DNA from: Myxococcales bacterium
Lineage (GTDB): Bacteria; Myxococcota_A; Polyangia; Polyangiales; Polyangiaceae
Assembly (NCBI GenBank): GCA_043747615.1
Contig: JAYTOU010000064.1
Span: forward strand, 1-64,000
Length of the DNA: 64,000 bases
Direction of reading: 5' to 3'
Position 1 is the stretch's first letter; each line of letters starts with the position of its first letter. Under the pieces are notes generated by a model, which was given only the letters and a program-made list of their open reading frames with translations, had not been told where the DNA came from and made no database searches. The position numbers and the translations under genes are program-made. Positions 29,561 through 38,740 of this stretch are shown here, in pieces.

Positions 29561-30622
29561 GTGTCAGGAACCAGTGGACGTTCGGTGAGAACTGTTATTT
29601 CGGGCGGGGACCCGTTCGGAACGCACCGTTCCGTCGACCCGAAGGGAGCTCTGCCCCAGCCCGCCGAGCGGCTCGACAACGACTTTTCCCGCCTTTTTTC
29701 GGGGGAAATGCTCATTTCGGTCGAGACCCTCAACGTCGACGCGGCGAGCTTTCGTCAGATGGAAGAGGCGGGGGCTGACGTCGCCGACCGCGTCCTCGAG
29801 ACCGTCAACGCCCGGGGAAAGCAGCACAATCCGGTCACCGGGTCGGGCGGAATGCTCCTCGGACGGGTCTTGCAGCTTGCCCCTGGACGCGCCGCGGAAG
29901 AGCTGCGTCCGGGCGATCGCATCGCAAGCCTCGTCTCTTTGTCGCTCACCCCGCTGAAAATCGACCGCGTCCGCGGCGTGCGACCGGTGAGCGCTCAACT
30001 CGATGTAGATGGCGAAGCCGTGCTCTTTGCGAGCGGCGCGTACGCGAAGCTTCCGACGGACATGCCCGAGCGTCTGGCGTTGGCGGTGCTCGACGTTGCG
30101 GGGGCAGCCCCTCAAGTCGCGCGTCTAGTTCGGCCCGGCTCGAGCGTCCTCGTACTTGGCGGAGGGGGAAAAAGTGGCGTTCTGTGCGCTGCGGAGGCGC
30201 GGCGACAAGGCGGTCCAACGGCGCGAATCATCGCGGTCGAGAGCCACGCGCCCTTCGCCGACGATCTTCGCAAGCTCGGACTTTGCGACGAAGTGCTCTC
30301 ACTCGATGCACGCGATCCGGTGCGCGTCCGCCGCGACGTCCTCCTCGCGAACGGTGGCAATGAGGTGGATGTGAGCTTCTCGTGCGTGAATGTTCCCGAT
30401 GCCGAAATGAGTGCCATCCTCGCGACGCGCGATCGCGGCACCGTCTATCTGTTCGCCATGTCGACCAGCTTCACCAAAGCCGCCCTCGGCGCAGAAGGCG
30501 TTGGAAAAGACGTCGATTTGATGATCGGGAACGGATACGCAACGGGTCACGCTGCGCATTCATTGGCGATGATGCGAGAATTTCCGAAGCTCCGCGCGCT
30601 CTTCGAAACACGATATACGTAG
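29561..30622 (+). CDS. kdd: L-erythro-3,5-diaminohexanoate dehydrogenase
   Basis: GTHR...GALPQPA.RLDND, LNVDAASF, RGKQHNPVTGSGGMLLG, SLVSLSLTPL, LDVAGA, GAEGVGKD; start approximate. Confidence 0.85.
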   Translation: MSGTSGRSVRTVISGGDPFGTHRSVDPKGALPQPAERLDNDFSRLFSGEMLISVETLNVDAASFRQMEEAGADVADRVLETVNARGKQHNPVTGSGGMLLGRVLQLAPGRAAEELRPGDRIASLVSLSLTPLKIDRVRGVRPVSAQLDVDGEAVLFASGAYAKLPTDMPERLALAVLDVAGAAPQVARLVRPGSSVLVLGGGGKSGVLCAAEARRQGGPTARIIAVESHAPFADDLRKLGLCDEVLSLDARDPVRVRRDVLLANGGNEVDVSFSCVNVPDAEMSAILATRDRGTVYLFAMSTSFTKAALGAEGVGKDVDLMIGNGYATGHAAHSLAMMREFPKLRALFETRYT

Positions 30623-30624
30623 CC

Positions 30625-32298
30625 ATGGAGTTCGCCCCGCGTCCCATCGAGCAAGTGGCCCAGGAGCTCGGGCTCGGCCCCGACGACATCGAGCTCTACG
30701 GGCACAAGAAGGCCAAGATCAATTTGCCGGCAATCGAGCGTCCGGCGCGCGGCAAGGGGCGACTGATCCTCGTCACCGCGATCAATCCCACGCCGGCGGG
30801 CGAAGGAAAGACGACGACGTCGATCGCTCTCGCCATGGGACTGCGGCGCCTCGGAAAAAACGCGGTGCTCGCGCTTCGTGAGCCTTCGCTCGGCCCCGTC
30901 TTCGGCGTCAAAGGCGGCGGCACCGGTGGAGGAAAAGCGTCGCTCACTCCAGCGGAGGACATCAACCTCCACTTCACCGGTGACATCCACGCCATCACCA
31001 CCGCGCACAATCTGCTCAGCGCGCTTGTCGACAACGCCTGCTATTTCCGAGACGGAATCGCCGGCGCGGGTGAAATCGACCCGCGTCAGATCACCTGGGG
31101 ACGCGCGCTTGACATGAACGATCGCTTCCTGAGGCGATGCATCGTCGGGCTCGGCGGCAAGGCGCACGGCATGGTGCGCGAAGAACGCTTCGACATCACT
31201 GCCGCGAGCGAAGTGATGGCGATCTTGGCGCTGTCGAAAGACTACGTCGATCTGGAAGAGCGCCTTTCACGCATCGTGGTCGGCGCGACGTTCGACGGCA
31301 CCGTGGTCACCGCGGGCGCGGTCGGTGCGGCCTCGGCGATGACCGCGGTACTGCGCGACGCCCTCAAGCCCAACTTGGTGCAGACCCTCGAAGGCGGTCC
31401 GGCGATCGTGCACTGCGGGCCGTTCGGCAACATCGCTCACGGCTGCAACAGCATCCTCGCCACCCGGCTCGCGATGCAGCTTGGTGACTACGCGATCACC
31501 GAGGGTGGCTTCGGCTTCGACCTCGGCGGCGAAAAATTCTTGAACATCAAATCGCGGTTGATGGGCGTCTGGCCGCGAGCGGTGGTGATCGTCGCTACGC
31601 TTCGCGCGCTCAAGATGCACGGCGGCGCGCCGGTGAAGGCGGCGGGTGAAGTGAACGGAGCCGCTCTTTCCAAGGGGATTTCCCATCTCGAGAAGCATCT
31701 CGAAAATGCGGCGGCCTACGGACTGCCGCCCGTCGTGGCCATCAACGTCTTTCCGAACGACACCGCGGAGGAGCTGTCCTTCGTGGAAAGCGCCGTCGCG
31801 AAATACGGCGCGCGCCTCGCGGTGTGCGAGGGGTTCGCGAAGGGCGGCGAAGGGTCACTCGCTCTCGCCCGGATGGTCTCCGAGGTTGCGGACGCCAGCG
31901 ACGCGAGCCCGCCCGCGCCTAGGTACGTTTACGAGCTCGACGACGAAGTGCACGAGAAAATCCGGAAGATCGCGCGCGTGATCTACGGGGCGAAAGACGT
32001 GGTCTTTAGCTCCAAAGCGGAAAAGGATTTCAAGCGTATCGCCGAGCTCGGCTACGCAATGCTTCCGATTTGCATGGCGAAGACCCAGCTCTCGCTCACC
32101 GACGACCCAGCGATCGCGGGACGTCCGCGGGACTTCGTGGTGACGGTGCGCGAGGTTCGCTTGAGCGCCGGCGCCGGTTTCCTCGTTCCGCTCACCGGGG
32201 ACATGATGACCATGCCGGGCCTTCCGAAAGTTCCCGCCGCGCGCAACGTAAAGCTTCTTGCATCCGGCGAAATCAAAGGCCTGATGCAAAACGACTAG
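30625..32298 (+). CDS. fhs: Formate--tetrahydrofolate ligase
   Basis: TAINPTPAGEGKTT, REPSLGP, NLHFTGDIHA, GPFGNIAHG, CMAKTQ, MTMPGLP. Confidence 0.97.
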   Translation: MEFAPRPIEQVAQELGLGPDDIELYGHKKAKINLPAIERPARGKGRLILVTAINPTPAGEGKTTTSIALAMGLRRLGKNAVLALREPSLGPVFGVKGGGTGGGKASLTPAEDINLHFTGDIHAITTAHNLLSALVDNACYFRDGIAGAGEIDPRQITWGRALDMNDRFLRRCIVGLGGKAHGMVREERFDITAASEVMAILALSKDYVDLEERLSRIVVGATFDGTVVTAGAVGAASAMTAVLRDALKPNLVQTLEGGPAIVHCGPFGNIAHGCNSILATRLAMQLGDYAITEGGFGFDLGGEKFLNIKSRLMGVWPRAVVIVATLRALKMHGGAPVKAAGEVNGAALSKGISHLEKHLENAAAYGLPPVVAINVFPNDTAEELSFVESAVAKYGARLAVCEGFAKGGEGSLALARMVSEVADASDASPPAPRYVYELDDEVHEKIRKIARVIYGAKDVVFSSKAEKDFKRIAELGYAMLPICMAKTQLSLTDDPAIAGRPRDFVVTVREVRLSAGAGFLVPLTGDMMTMPGLPKVPAARNVKLLASGEIKGLMQND

Positions 32299-32320
32299 TC
32301 CGACCTTCGGCCTGAGCTTT

Positions 32321-34462
32321 TCAGGGCGGAGCGGGTGCAAGAGACGCGCTCGGCACCGGCGTCGTCAGGCTGTCCGTGGCCGAAGGAAGGTGGATGGTGA
32401 ACGTCGTTCCCGCTCCGGATTGTGTTTGCACGTCGATCGTACCGCCGGCGTTTTGCACGATGCTCTGACTGATCGCCAGGCCGAGTCCAGTCCCCTGCTC
32501 CTTCGTCGTGAAGAACGGGACGAACAAGTTCTTGAGCACCTTTTGATTGATGCCCGGTCCGGTGTCACGCACCGAGACCTCCACGAACTCCGACTCCGGG
32601 TTCGACCATGTCCCCGAGTCCGGGCGAGAACCGCGCTCGCTCGCCGGACCTCCGCCCCAATGCCCGCGGATCATCCGGCGCTGGGTGCTCACCGTGATTC
32701 GTCCGTGACCGTCCATCGCTTGAATGGCGTTTTGAACCAGGTTGATGAGGACCTGGCGAAATTGCTCCGGATCGATCTTCGCGCGCGGAACGTTCTCGGC
32801 GAGATCGAGCTGCACCTCCAGCGCCTCGGCCTGCTGACTCGACAGAATCTGGATGGTGCGTCTCACGGCGGCGTTGATGTCGAGGGGGATTGGGTTTCCG
32901 GCGTGCGGCCGGGCATAGTCGAGGAAGCTTCCGACCACGCGATTGAGGCGATCGACTTCTTCGAGAATGATGCCGATGAACTCTCGCGACGACGGATCGT
33001 TCGGCGGCGCGCCGACCTGAACTTCTTCGAGAAGCTGAGCGGCTCCCTTGATCGCACCGAGAGGATTTTTTACCTCGTGCGCCAAGCCCGCGGCCATCGC
33101 TCCGAGGGCGGCGAGGCGGTCACGCTCCTTCATTCGTCGGTAGATCCGGCTGTTGGCAATGGCCACACCGATCTGTGCGGCCACGGTCTCGAGCAGCGTG
33201 ATCTCTTCGGGGGTGAAGGCGTCGCGCACGCGATCGTCCGCTACGCAGATGATGCCGATGAGTGAGCCTTCGTCACCTTTCACGGCGAGGAGGACCGAGC
33301 TGAGGTGCGCGCCAAGGGTGGCCGCGGCGGCGGTGAGCAGCGGCGCTTCGACCTCCTTCGACTCGCGTGCGACCTCTTCGAGCGAGAGCGAGCCCAAGGT
33401 GTGAATGCGGTCGAGCAGGGGGCGAGCGGGAAGGGATTCGATACGTTTGGCTGGGGACACTCCGATGGATCCCACGAGGTCGAATCCGTCGCCATCTTGA
33501 TCGCGGAGATAGACCGCGCACGACGTCATGCGATGCGAGCGCTCGAGCCCGGCGATGAGAGTCTCGGTCATCTCGTCGATCTCGAGGACGTGCGAGAGCC
33601 TTCGGCGAAGATCGGCGACGCTGGTCTCGAGGTCGTATCTCTCGCGAAAGAAAAACTGATGCATCCGTTTTTCGACTTCGGTCTGAAGCGGCTCGAAGAG
33701 GACGAGAAAGACGATCGCCGCGAGGACGGCGTTCAAGTACATCGTGTTGAACCGGCCGACGTACGTCACGAAGACATAGAAAATGCCGGCGAGTGAGAAG
33801 GCAAGAGCCGTGGCCACGAGAAGGCGACCGGCGAGCTCGTAGAGATCGGCGAGGCGCGGACGCGCAAGCGATTCCGCGAGCACGAAGAGAAATAGGATGG
33901 AGAGCACCGCTCCAATCGGCGGCAGATACACGCCGAGAAAAGAGAGGAAATCGGCCATCGTGAAGGTCATCGCCGCGGCGCCGACCCAGAACAGAAAGCG
34001 CACGCGATCGCGGACGGCGCGCGACGGACTCTCTCTTCCGCGAAGGGCGAGGGTGATGAGCGCCGCGGCGAGGAGGCCGAACACGTAGAAGTAGACCAGG
34101 CCGAGCGCGAGCGGCGCCTCGTGGTAGGGCGAGAGCTCCAGCGCGAGCACCGGGATGCCCATCGCCGTCGCCACTTTGGTCAGTCGCGAAGGAGGGTGGC
34201 CTTTTTCGAGCGGGACGATCGCTTGGAAGAGGTGAACGGCGAACTGCGGAAGAAGCGCGGTGAGCACCGACTCTGCGCGCACCCAGATCGCCGCCTGGAA
34301 GAGGCCGTAAAGAGACTGGCTCGCGTACCAGAGCCCGAGCTCCGCTGCGAAGGCCGCAAACAGCCAGTGGACCGAACGCCGACCGCGCAGGAGCATCGAC
34401 GCGGCGATGGCCACCGCGAGGACTGCACAAAAGAGGGTTGTTCGGGGGCGGAGGTCCTCCAC
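32321..34462 (-). CDS. Membrane sensor histidine kinase (multi-TM + GAF + HisKA + HATPase)
   Basis: Several N-terminal hydrophobic segments; LAHEVKNPL H-box; NLVQNAIQA, DTGPG, FFTTK, GTGLGL. Confidence 0.93.
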   Translation of the reverse strand: MEDLRPRTTLFCAVLAVAIAASMLLRGRRSVHWLFAAFAAELGLWYASQSLYGLFQAAIWVRAESVLTALLPQFAVHLFQAIVPLEKGHPPSRLTKVATAMGIPVLALELSPYHEAPLALGLVYFYVFGLLAAALITLALRGRESPSRAVRDRVRFLFWVGAAAMTFTMADFLSFLGVYLPPIGAVLSILFLFVLAESLARPRLADLYELAGRLLVATALAFSLAGIFYVFVTYVGRFNTMYLNAVLAAIVFLVLFEPLQTEVEKRMHQFFFRERYDLETSVADLRRRLSHVLEIDEMTETLIAGLERSHRMTSCAVYLRDQDGDGFDLVGSIGVSPAKRIESLPARPLLDRIHTLGSLSLEEVARESKEVEAPLLTAAAATLGAHLSSVLLAVKGDEGSLIGIICVADDRVRDAFTPEEITLLETVAAQIGVAIANSRIYRRMKERDRLAALGAMAAGLAHEVKNPLGAIKGAAQLLEEVQVGAPPNDPSSREFIGIILEEVDRLNRVVGSFLDYARPHAGNPIPLDINAAVRRTIQILSSQQAEALEVQLDLAENVPRAKIDPEQFRQVLINLVQNAIQAMDGHGRITVSTQRRMIRGHWGGGPASERGSRPDSGTWSNPESEFVEVSVRDTGPGINQKVLKNLFVPFFTTKEQGTGLGLAISQSIVQNAGGTIDVQTQSGAGTTFTIHLPSATDSLTTPVPSASLAPAPP

Positions 34463-34488
34463 CTTACAGGTGCGTCCTTACGGATGCT

Positions 34489-34863
34489 TCAGCGAGACTT
34501 GATGGCTTCGGACGAGCCGCGCCACGGGGACGGATCCGGCTCGTTTGGGCCGCCAACCGTGACGTTGTCGGCCTTCCACGGGGAAGGATCTGGCTCGTTT
34601 GGTCCTCCGGTCATGACCGGAGCACCGGGATCGACCGCCGGCGGAGCCCCCTTGTTCTGTTGGCCAGCGGGTGCACTTGGCGGCGTGGGATCGGAGGGCG
34701 AGGCCACACTCAGTCGATCGGTCTTCGACCCGGTCGCCTCGTCGGCCGTCCCCGTTTGTATGGCGCACCCTTCGGCGAGAAGAAGTGCGGCGGCGGCCCA
34801 TCCCAAAGCAATGGCTCTCATGGCGTTCATGACTCTCATGGTGTTGACGACTGAAGGCCTCAT
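34489..34863 (-). CDS. Small lipoprotein with two GGPNEPDPSPW repeats
   Basis: ATG overlaps TGA of upstream activator, GGAGG RBS 7 nt upstream; hydrophobic signal and lipobox LAEGC; alternative starts 34839/34830/34821. Confidence 0.75.
   Translation of the reverse strand: MRPSVVNTMRVMNAMRAIALGWAAAALLLAEGCAIQTGTADEATGSKTDRLSVASPSDPTPPSAPAGQQNKGAPPAVDPGAPVMTGGPNEPDPSPWKADNVTVGGPNEPDPSPWRGSSEAIKSR
34522..34608 (-). repeat. Two imperfect 33-bp direct repeats encoding identical 11-aa peptides
   Basis: CCACGGGGACGGATCCGGCTCGTTTGGGCCGCC vs CCACGGGGAAGGATCTGGCTCGTTTGGTCCTCC; differences are synonymous. Confidence 0.9.
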
Positions 34864-37800
34864 CACGAGACCTCCGACACGGCCGCGAGGCCGTACTGTT
34901 TTACGAGCTGTGACAACCGCGGTCGTTTCATTCCGAGAAGCGCTGCCGCCCGCGTTATGTTCCCCTTGGTCTCGGCCAAGGCGCGCGCGATGCAATCTCG
35001 TTCGATTTGACGTTTCAAATCCGAAAGAGACACAGCTCCCTGGCGGACGCACGCATACGCAACGGCCGTGGCGCCTGCCTCGCCCGCAGGAAGGGCACCG
35101 CCGAAGTCGGCGAACGGAAGCTCGTCGGCGCTGTCCGCTGCGCCGGAGCTGGGTGCGTCCGCGCTCTCGACGGCGACGTCATTCGAAGGTTCGGACTGCC
35201 CGAGCTCCGAGGACGGCGCCGGCGGGATGAAGCTCGGACGGGACGCGATCCGCAGATCGTCGACGTTGTCGGTGAGGTCGCTCACCGAAATGACGGGAGA
35301 CTCGGCGAAGAGGGCGGCTGCGCGGAGCGCATTCTCGAGCTCACGGACGTTGCCGGGCCAGCGGTGCCGGCCGAGAAGCTCAAGGGCACCGGCGGAGAGC
35401 GACTTCGCTTCTTCGCCGCGCTCTTGCGCGATCCGGGTGAGAAGATTTTCGCTGATGCGCGGAAGATCGCCCATTCGCGCTCGAAGCGCCGGGACTTCGA
35501 GGGTGATCCCGCGAAGGCGGTAGTAGAGATCCTCGCGGAAGTCGCCGCGCTCGACCATGCCGCGGAGATCCCGGTGGGTGGCGCAGACGATGCGAACGTT
35601 GGCGCGGATGGCGGTGGTGCCGCCGACGCGTTCGAACGTGCGCTCCTGAAGAACGCGGAGCAGCGCGACCTGCGTGCGGGGCGAGATGTCTCCGATTTCG
35701 TCGAGGAAGAGCGTTCCACCCTCGGCGAGCTCGAAGCGCCCGCGGCGGCGCGCGGCTGCACCGGTGAAGGCGCCTTTCTCATGACCGAAGAGCTCGGACA
35801 GGAGGAGCGTCTCGACGAGCGCGGCGCAGTTGACGGTGACGAGCGGCCCGGCAGCGCGCTCGCTCGCCCGGTGGAGTGCTTCGGCGACGAGCTCTTTGCC
35901 GGTGCCGCTCTCGCCGCGGATGAGGACCGTGCTGTCTGCTCGGGCGACCTTCCGGATCGCACTGAGGAGGCCGCGGATTGCCGGATCGTCGCCAATGAGC
36001 TCGCGGCTCGTAGAAGAGGGATAGAGCGAGGGGCGCTGCTCGCGAGAGACGGGAAGGATGCGGGACACTCCCTCTTCGTCGCAGGCATCTGGGCCGGCAT
36101 CGGGGGTCGTTCCGCAGAGAGTGCCCGGAGGACGGGTGAGAACGGAGACGTCGCGGCGCGCAAGGAACGCCTCGCGAACTTCGCCGGAGAGGACGGCGGC
36201 CACTTGATCGCGGAGGGCGATGGCCTGATCGAGATGTGCGCGCGCGAGATCGACGTTGGATCCCGGGGCCGCAAGCGAGCGGTAGATCTCGAAGAGAAGA
36301 ACGTGCGCTTCGCGGAGCAGCTCTTCTTCGCCAACGCTGCGCGCGAGAGCCAACGCTTCGATGGCGCCGCGGACGTCGAGCTCGCCGGCCGCACGTGCAT
36401 GAACTGCCGTCAGGTAGGCCACTTCGGCGCGCGCGGCCTCGGTGCTGGCAAAGCTTTTGGCGCGGGTGAGCGCTTCGTTCGCTCGGGCAAGATCCCCGTC
36501 TTCGAGGGCGACACGAGTAGCAACCCGGTACGCCTCGCTCGCGACCTTGTTGCGGTGCGCGGATGTTTCGCCGTCGACGATCGCGCGGGTGACTTCTCGC
36601 CGCGCTTCGACGGTGTTCCCGCGGTAGAGCGCGAGGCGCGCGGCGACGATGCTGAAACGCGCCGAGGTGTGGTGCGGCATGCCCGGGCCGATGGTCCGTC
36701 GACCGAAGGAAATGGCGTGATCGGCGTGCTCGAAGAGCCCGAGCTTGAAGCGCAGCTCCGAGAGGTTCGCGAGAATGAGCGCGGTGCGCAACCGATCGCC
36801 GAGGCGCTGGCGAAGCTTGAGAGCCCGCTCGAAGAGATTGAGCGCCGATCCGTACTCGTGACGCCACATGGCCACGACCGCGAGGTTTTCGAACGCGAAT
36901 GCACAGGCGTGAGCCTCGCCGATGCGCTCGCCCTCCTTGAGGACGTCGTCGAAGATGGAACGCGCTTCGTCGAGCAAACCCTTCGAGAGGAGGGCGATAC
37001 CCCGATTGAGGCGCGCGCGGAGCTCGGCCGACACTTCACCAGATGACGAGGCCGTCCACGCATCTTCGGCGAAATGGCGATCGGCTTCGTCCCACTTCGC
37101 TTGTGCGAGAAGGATCTTGCCGAGAATATTACGGGCACGTAGCAGCGTGGAGGGCAATGTTCCCGAGCGCAGAGCGACGTTGGCTTCTTGCGATGCATCC
37201 TCGAGCAGACCGGTGAGGTAGCCGACCTCGGAGAGCTCGACCGCGATGAGCGCGCTTGTCTCGCTCGTGTCCGGCGCGTTGCCGCCGGCGGCAAGCACGG
37301 TGCGGGCGCGTTCGAGCGCCACCTTCGCCGTGACGAGATCGCCGGTGGCGACCGCGCTCTGACCAAGAAGGAGCATGACCGCCGCGCTGGCAGGGGCGAG
37401 GGTCGTCGCCGACTGGGCCCAGCGGTAGGCTTCGTCAGCTTCGCCCGCGGCGAGAGCGCGCTCACCGGCACGCACCCGAAGCGGGAGCTGGAGGGAAACA
37501 TCGAGCGCATCAACGGCCGTGCGCCACCGCGACACGATCTCGCGGCGCGCTAGCGGATCATGCGTGCGCGTCAGCGCTTGGGCGTGGGCTTCGTCGCCAG
37601 CGTCGCACTGGGCTGCTCGAAGGAGGAGCTCGCCAGCGCGCGCGCGAGCCCAGGGATCTTCCGGGTAGCTGCGGAGGAGCGCATGGGCGACGTCGTTGCA
37701 AGTCTCGGCAGACGCGCGGGCTGCGGCATCGCCGGCGCGATCGTCCCACGCGGGCAACATGGCCAAAAACCCGCGATCCGACTGGATGGCAGCGACCCGA

Positions 37801-38612
37801 AGAAGCGCCGAAACTGCGGCTTTGCCGCTTTTGAGAGCAACGATGTCGGCGGCAGGCCATGCGCGTTGGGCAAGCGCGAGGGCGGTGAAGAGGTACTCGC
37901 CGTCGTCGGGGATCGGTTCCCGCCGCTGGTCGCGTTCAGGGGGAGCGCTTTGTGTAGCCGTCCACCAATCTTCGAGGGTCGCCAGGTCGTCGCAAGGGAG
38001 AACCGCGTGAGACTCTTCCGCGGTCGCGGCGAACCAGCGCTTCTTATCGCTGGCGACGAGGGTCGACACGATCTCGTAGACGTCGCAGGGCGCAACGCCG
38101 GCTGCGTCGAGATCGAGGGCGTCGTCTCTCGAGCTTGTGGTGAAAACGAGAAGCGGCGTCGCACTGCCGGATGCCGCGAGCCGGCAGAGCTCGACAGCTA
38201 CAGCGCGATCCCACGTTCCGGCGAGAGGGAGGAGAGCAACGATCGCCGTCGGGCGCGCTTTGCTTCCGGCGACGATTTGTTCCGCACAAGCGCGGGCCTC
38301 GCTCGTCAGGTTGCCAGCGAGGCCGAGCTTCGCGGCGACTTCCTGCCAAAGAGGCGCGCCGGCTTGCGACCGAGCAAAAATCGCTTGAAAACCCAAAGCT
38401 GCGAGCCTTCGCGCGGCGTGCGCGCCAACGGCCCGTGCGACATCTGCCGACGAGGCCCGAGCCACCACGACGCCGCCGAGCTCCGCCATCGGAGCTTGCG
38501 ACGGGCCGCGCGCGAGGCGTTCGTCCAGCTCACCAAAACCGCCGGGATCCTTTGCGGGATTCTTGGCCGTGACCGGTAGGCCCGCAAGCGTAGCTAGGTA
38601 AGACGTGGCCAA
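34863..38612 (-). CDS. Sigma54-dependent enhancer-binding protein with large N-terminal TPR region
   Basis: GESGTGKE, ELFGHEKGAFTGA, LFLDEIG, FREDLYYRL, WPGNVRELEN, C-terminal HTH (GNITRAAALLG); ~850 aa helical N-terminus with no receiver domain; start uncertain. Confidence 0.92.
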   Translation of the reverse strand: MATSYLATLAGLPVTAKNPAKDPGGFGELDERLARGPSQAPMAELGGVVVARASSADVARAVGAHAARRLAALGFQAIFARSQAGAPLWQEVAAKLGLAGNLTSEARACAEQIVAGSKARPTAIVALLPLAGTWDRAVAVELCRLAASGSATPLLVFTTSSRDDALDLDAAGVAPCDVYEIVSTLVASDKKRWFAATAEESHAVLPCDDLATLEDWWTATQSAPPERDQRREPIPDDGEYLFTALALAQRAWPAADIVALKSGKAAVSALLRVAAIQSDRGFLAMLPAWDDRAGDAAARASAETCNDVAHALLRSYPEDPWARARAGELLLRAAQCDAGDEAHAQALTRTHDPLARREIVSRWRTAVDALDVSLQLPLRVRAGERALAAGEADEAYRWAQSATTLAPASAAVMLLLGQSAVATGDLVTAKVALERARTVLAAGGNAPDTSETSALIAVELSEVGYLTGLLEDASQEANVALRSGTLPSTLLRARNILGKILLAQAKWDEADRHFAEDAWTASSSGEVSAELRARLNRGIALLSKGLLDEARSIFDDVLKEGERIGEAHACAFAFENLAVVAMWRHEYGSALNLFERALKLRQRLGDRLRTALILANLSELRFKLGLFEHADHAISFGRRTIGPGMPHHTSARFSIVAARLALYRGNTVEARREVTRAIVDGETSAHRNKVASEAYRVATRVALEDGDLARANEALTRAKSFASTEAARAEVAYLTAVHARAAGELDVRGAIEALALARSVGEEELLREAHVLLFEIYRSLAAPGSNVDLARAHLDQAIALRDQVAAVLSGEVREAFLARRDVSVLTRPPGTLCGTTPDAGPDACDEEGVSRILPVSREQRPSLYPSSTSRELIGDDPAIRGLLSAIRKVARADSTVLIRGESGTGKELVAEALHRASERAAGPLVTVNCAALVETLLLSELFGHEKGAFTGAAARRRGRFELAEGGTLFLDEIGDISPRTQVALLRVLQERTFERVGGTTAIRANVRIVCATHRDLRGMVERGDFREDLYYRLRGITLEVPALRARMGDLPRISENLLTRIAQERGEEAKSLSAGALELLGRHRWPGNVRELENALRAAALFAESPVISVSDLTDNVDDLRIASRPSFIPPAPSSELGQSEPSNDVAVESADAPSSGAADSADELPFADFGGALPAGEAGATAVAYACVRQGAVSLSDLKRQIERDCIARALAETKGNITRAAALLGMKRPRLSQLVKQYGLAAVSEVS

Positions 38613-38618
38613 GCCCAG

Positions 38619-38646
38619 ACCATACCTCGGATCAGAACCGGTTCAA
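38619..38646 (-). promoter_or_regulatory. Candidate sigma70-type promoter of the activator operon
   Basis: Minus strand TTGAAC-N16-TATGGT immediately upstream of the ORF. Confidence 0.35.
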
Positions 38647-38740
38647 GTGTCGGCAGAACGTTTTTCCCGAAAAAACAAGGGTGTTTCGCGCGCGAATTGG
38701 CACGAAAACTCTCCGCTCAAAGCACCGGCAAAAAGACGTA

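Noticed and set aside
34522..34608. Direct repeats considered as a mini CRISPR array
   Set aside because: Only two copies, synonymous-only differences, inside a coding frame, no cas genes
38697..38715. TTGGCACG sigma54 -24-like box near the activator gene
   Set aside because: No GC at -12 and it points away from the gene, antisense to the DUF2520 ORF
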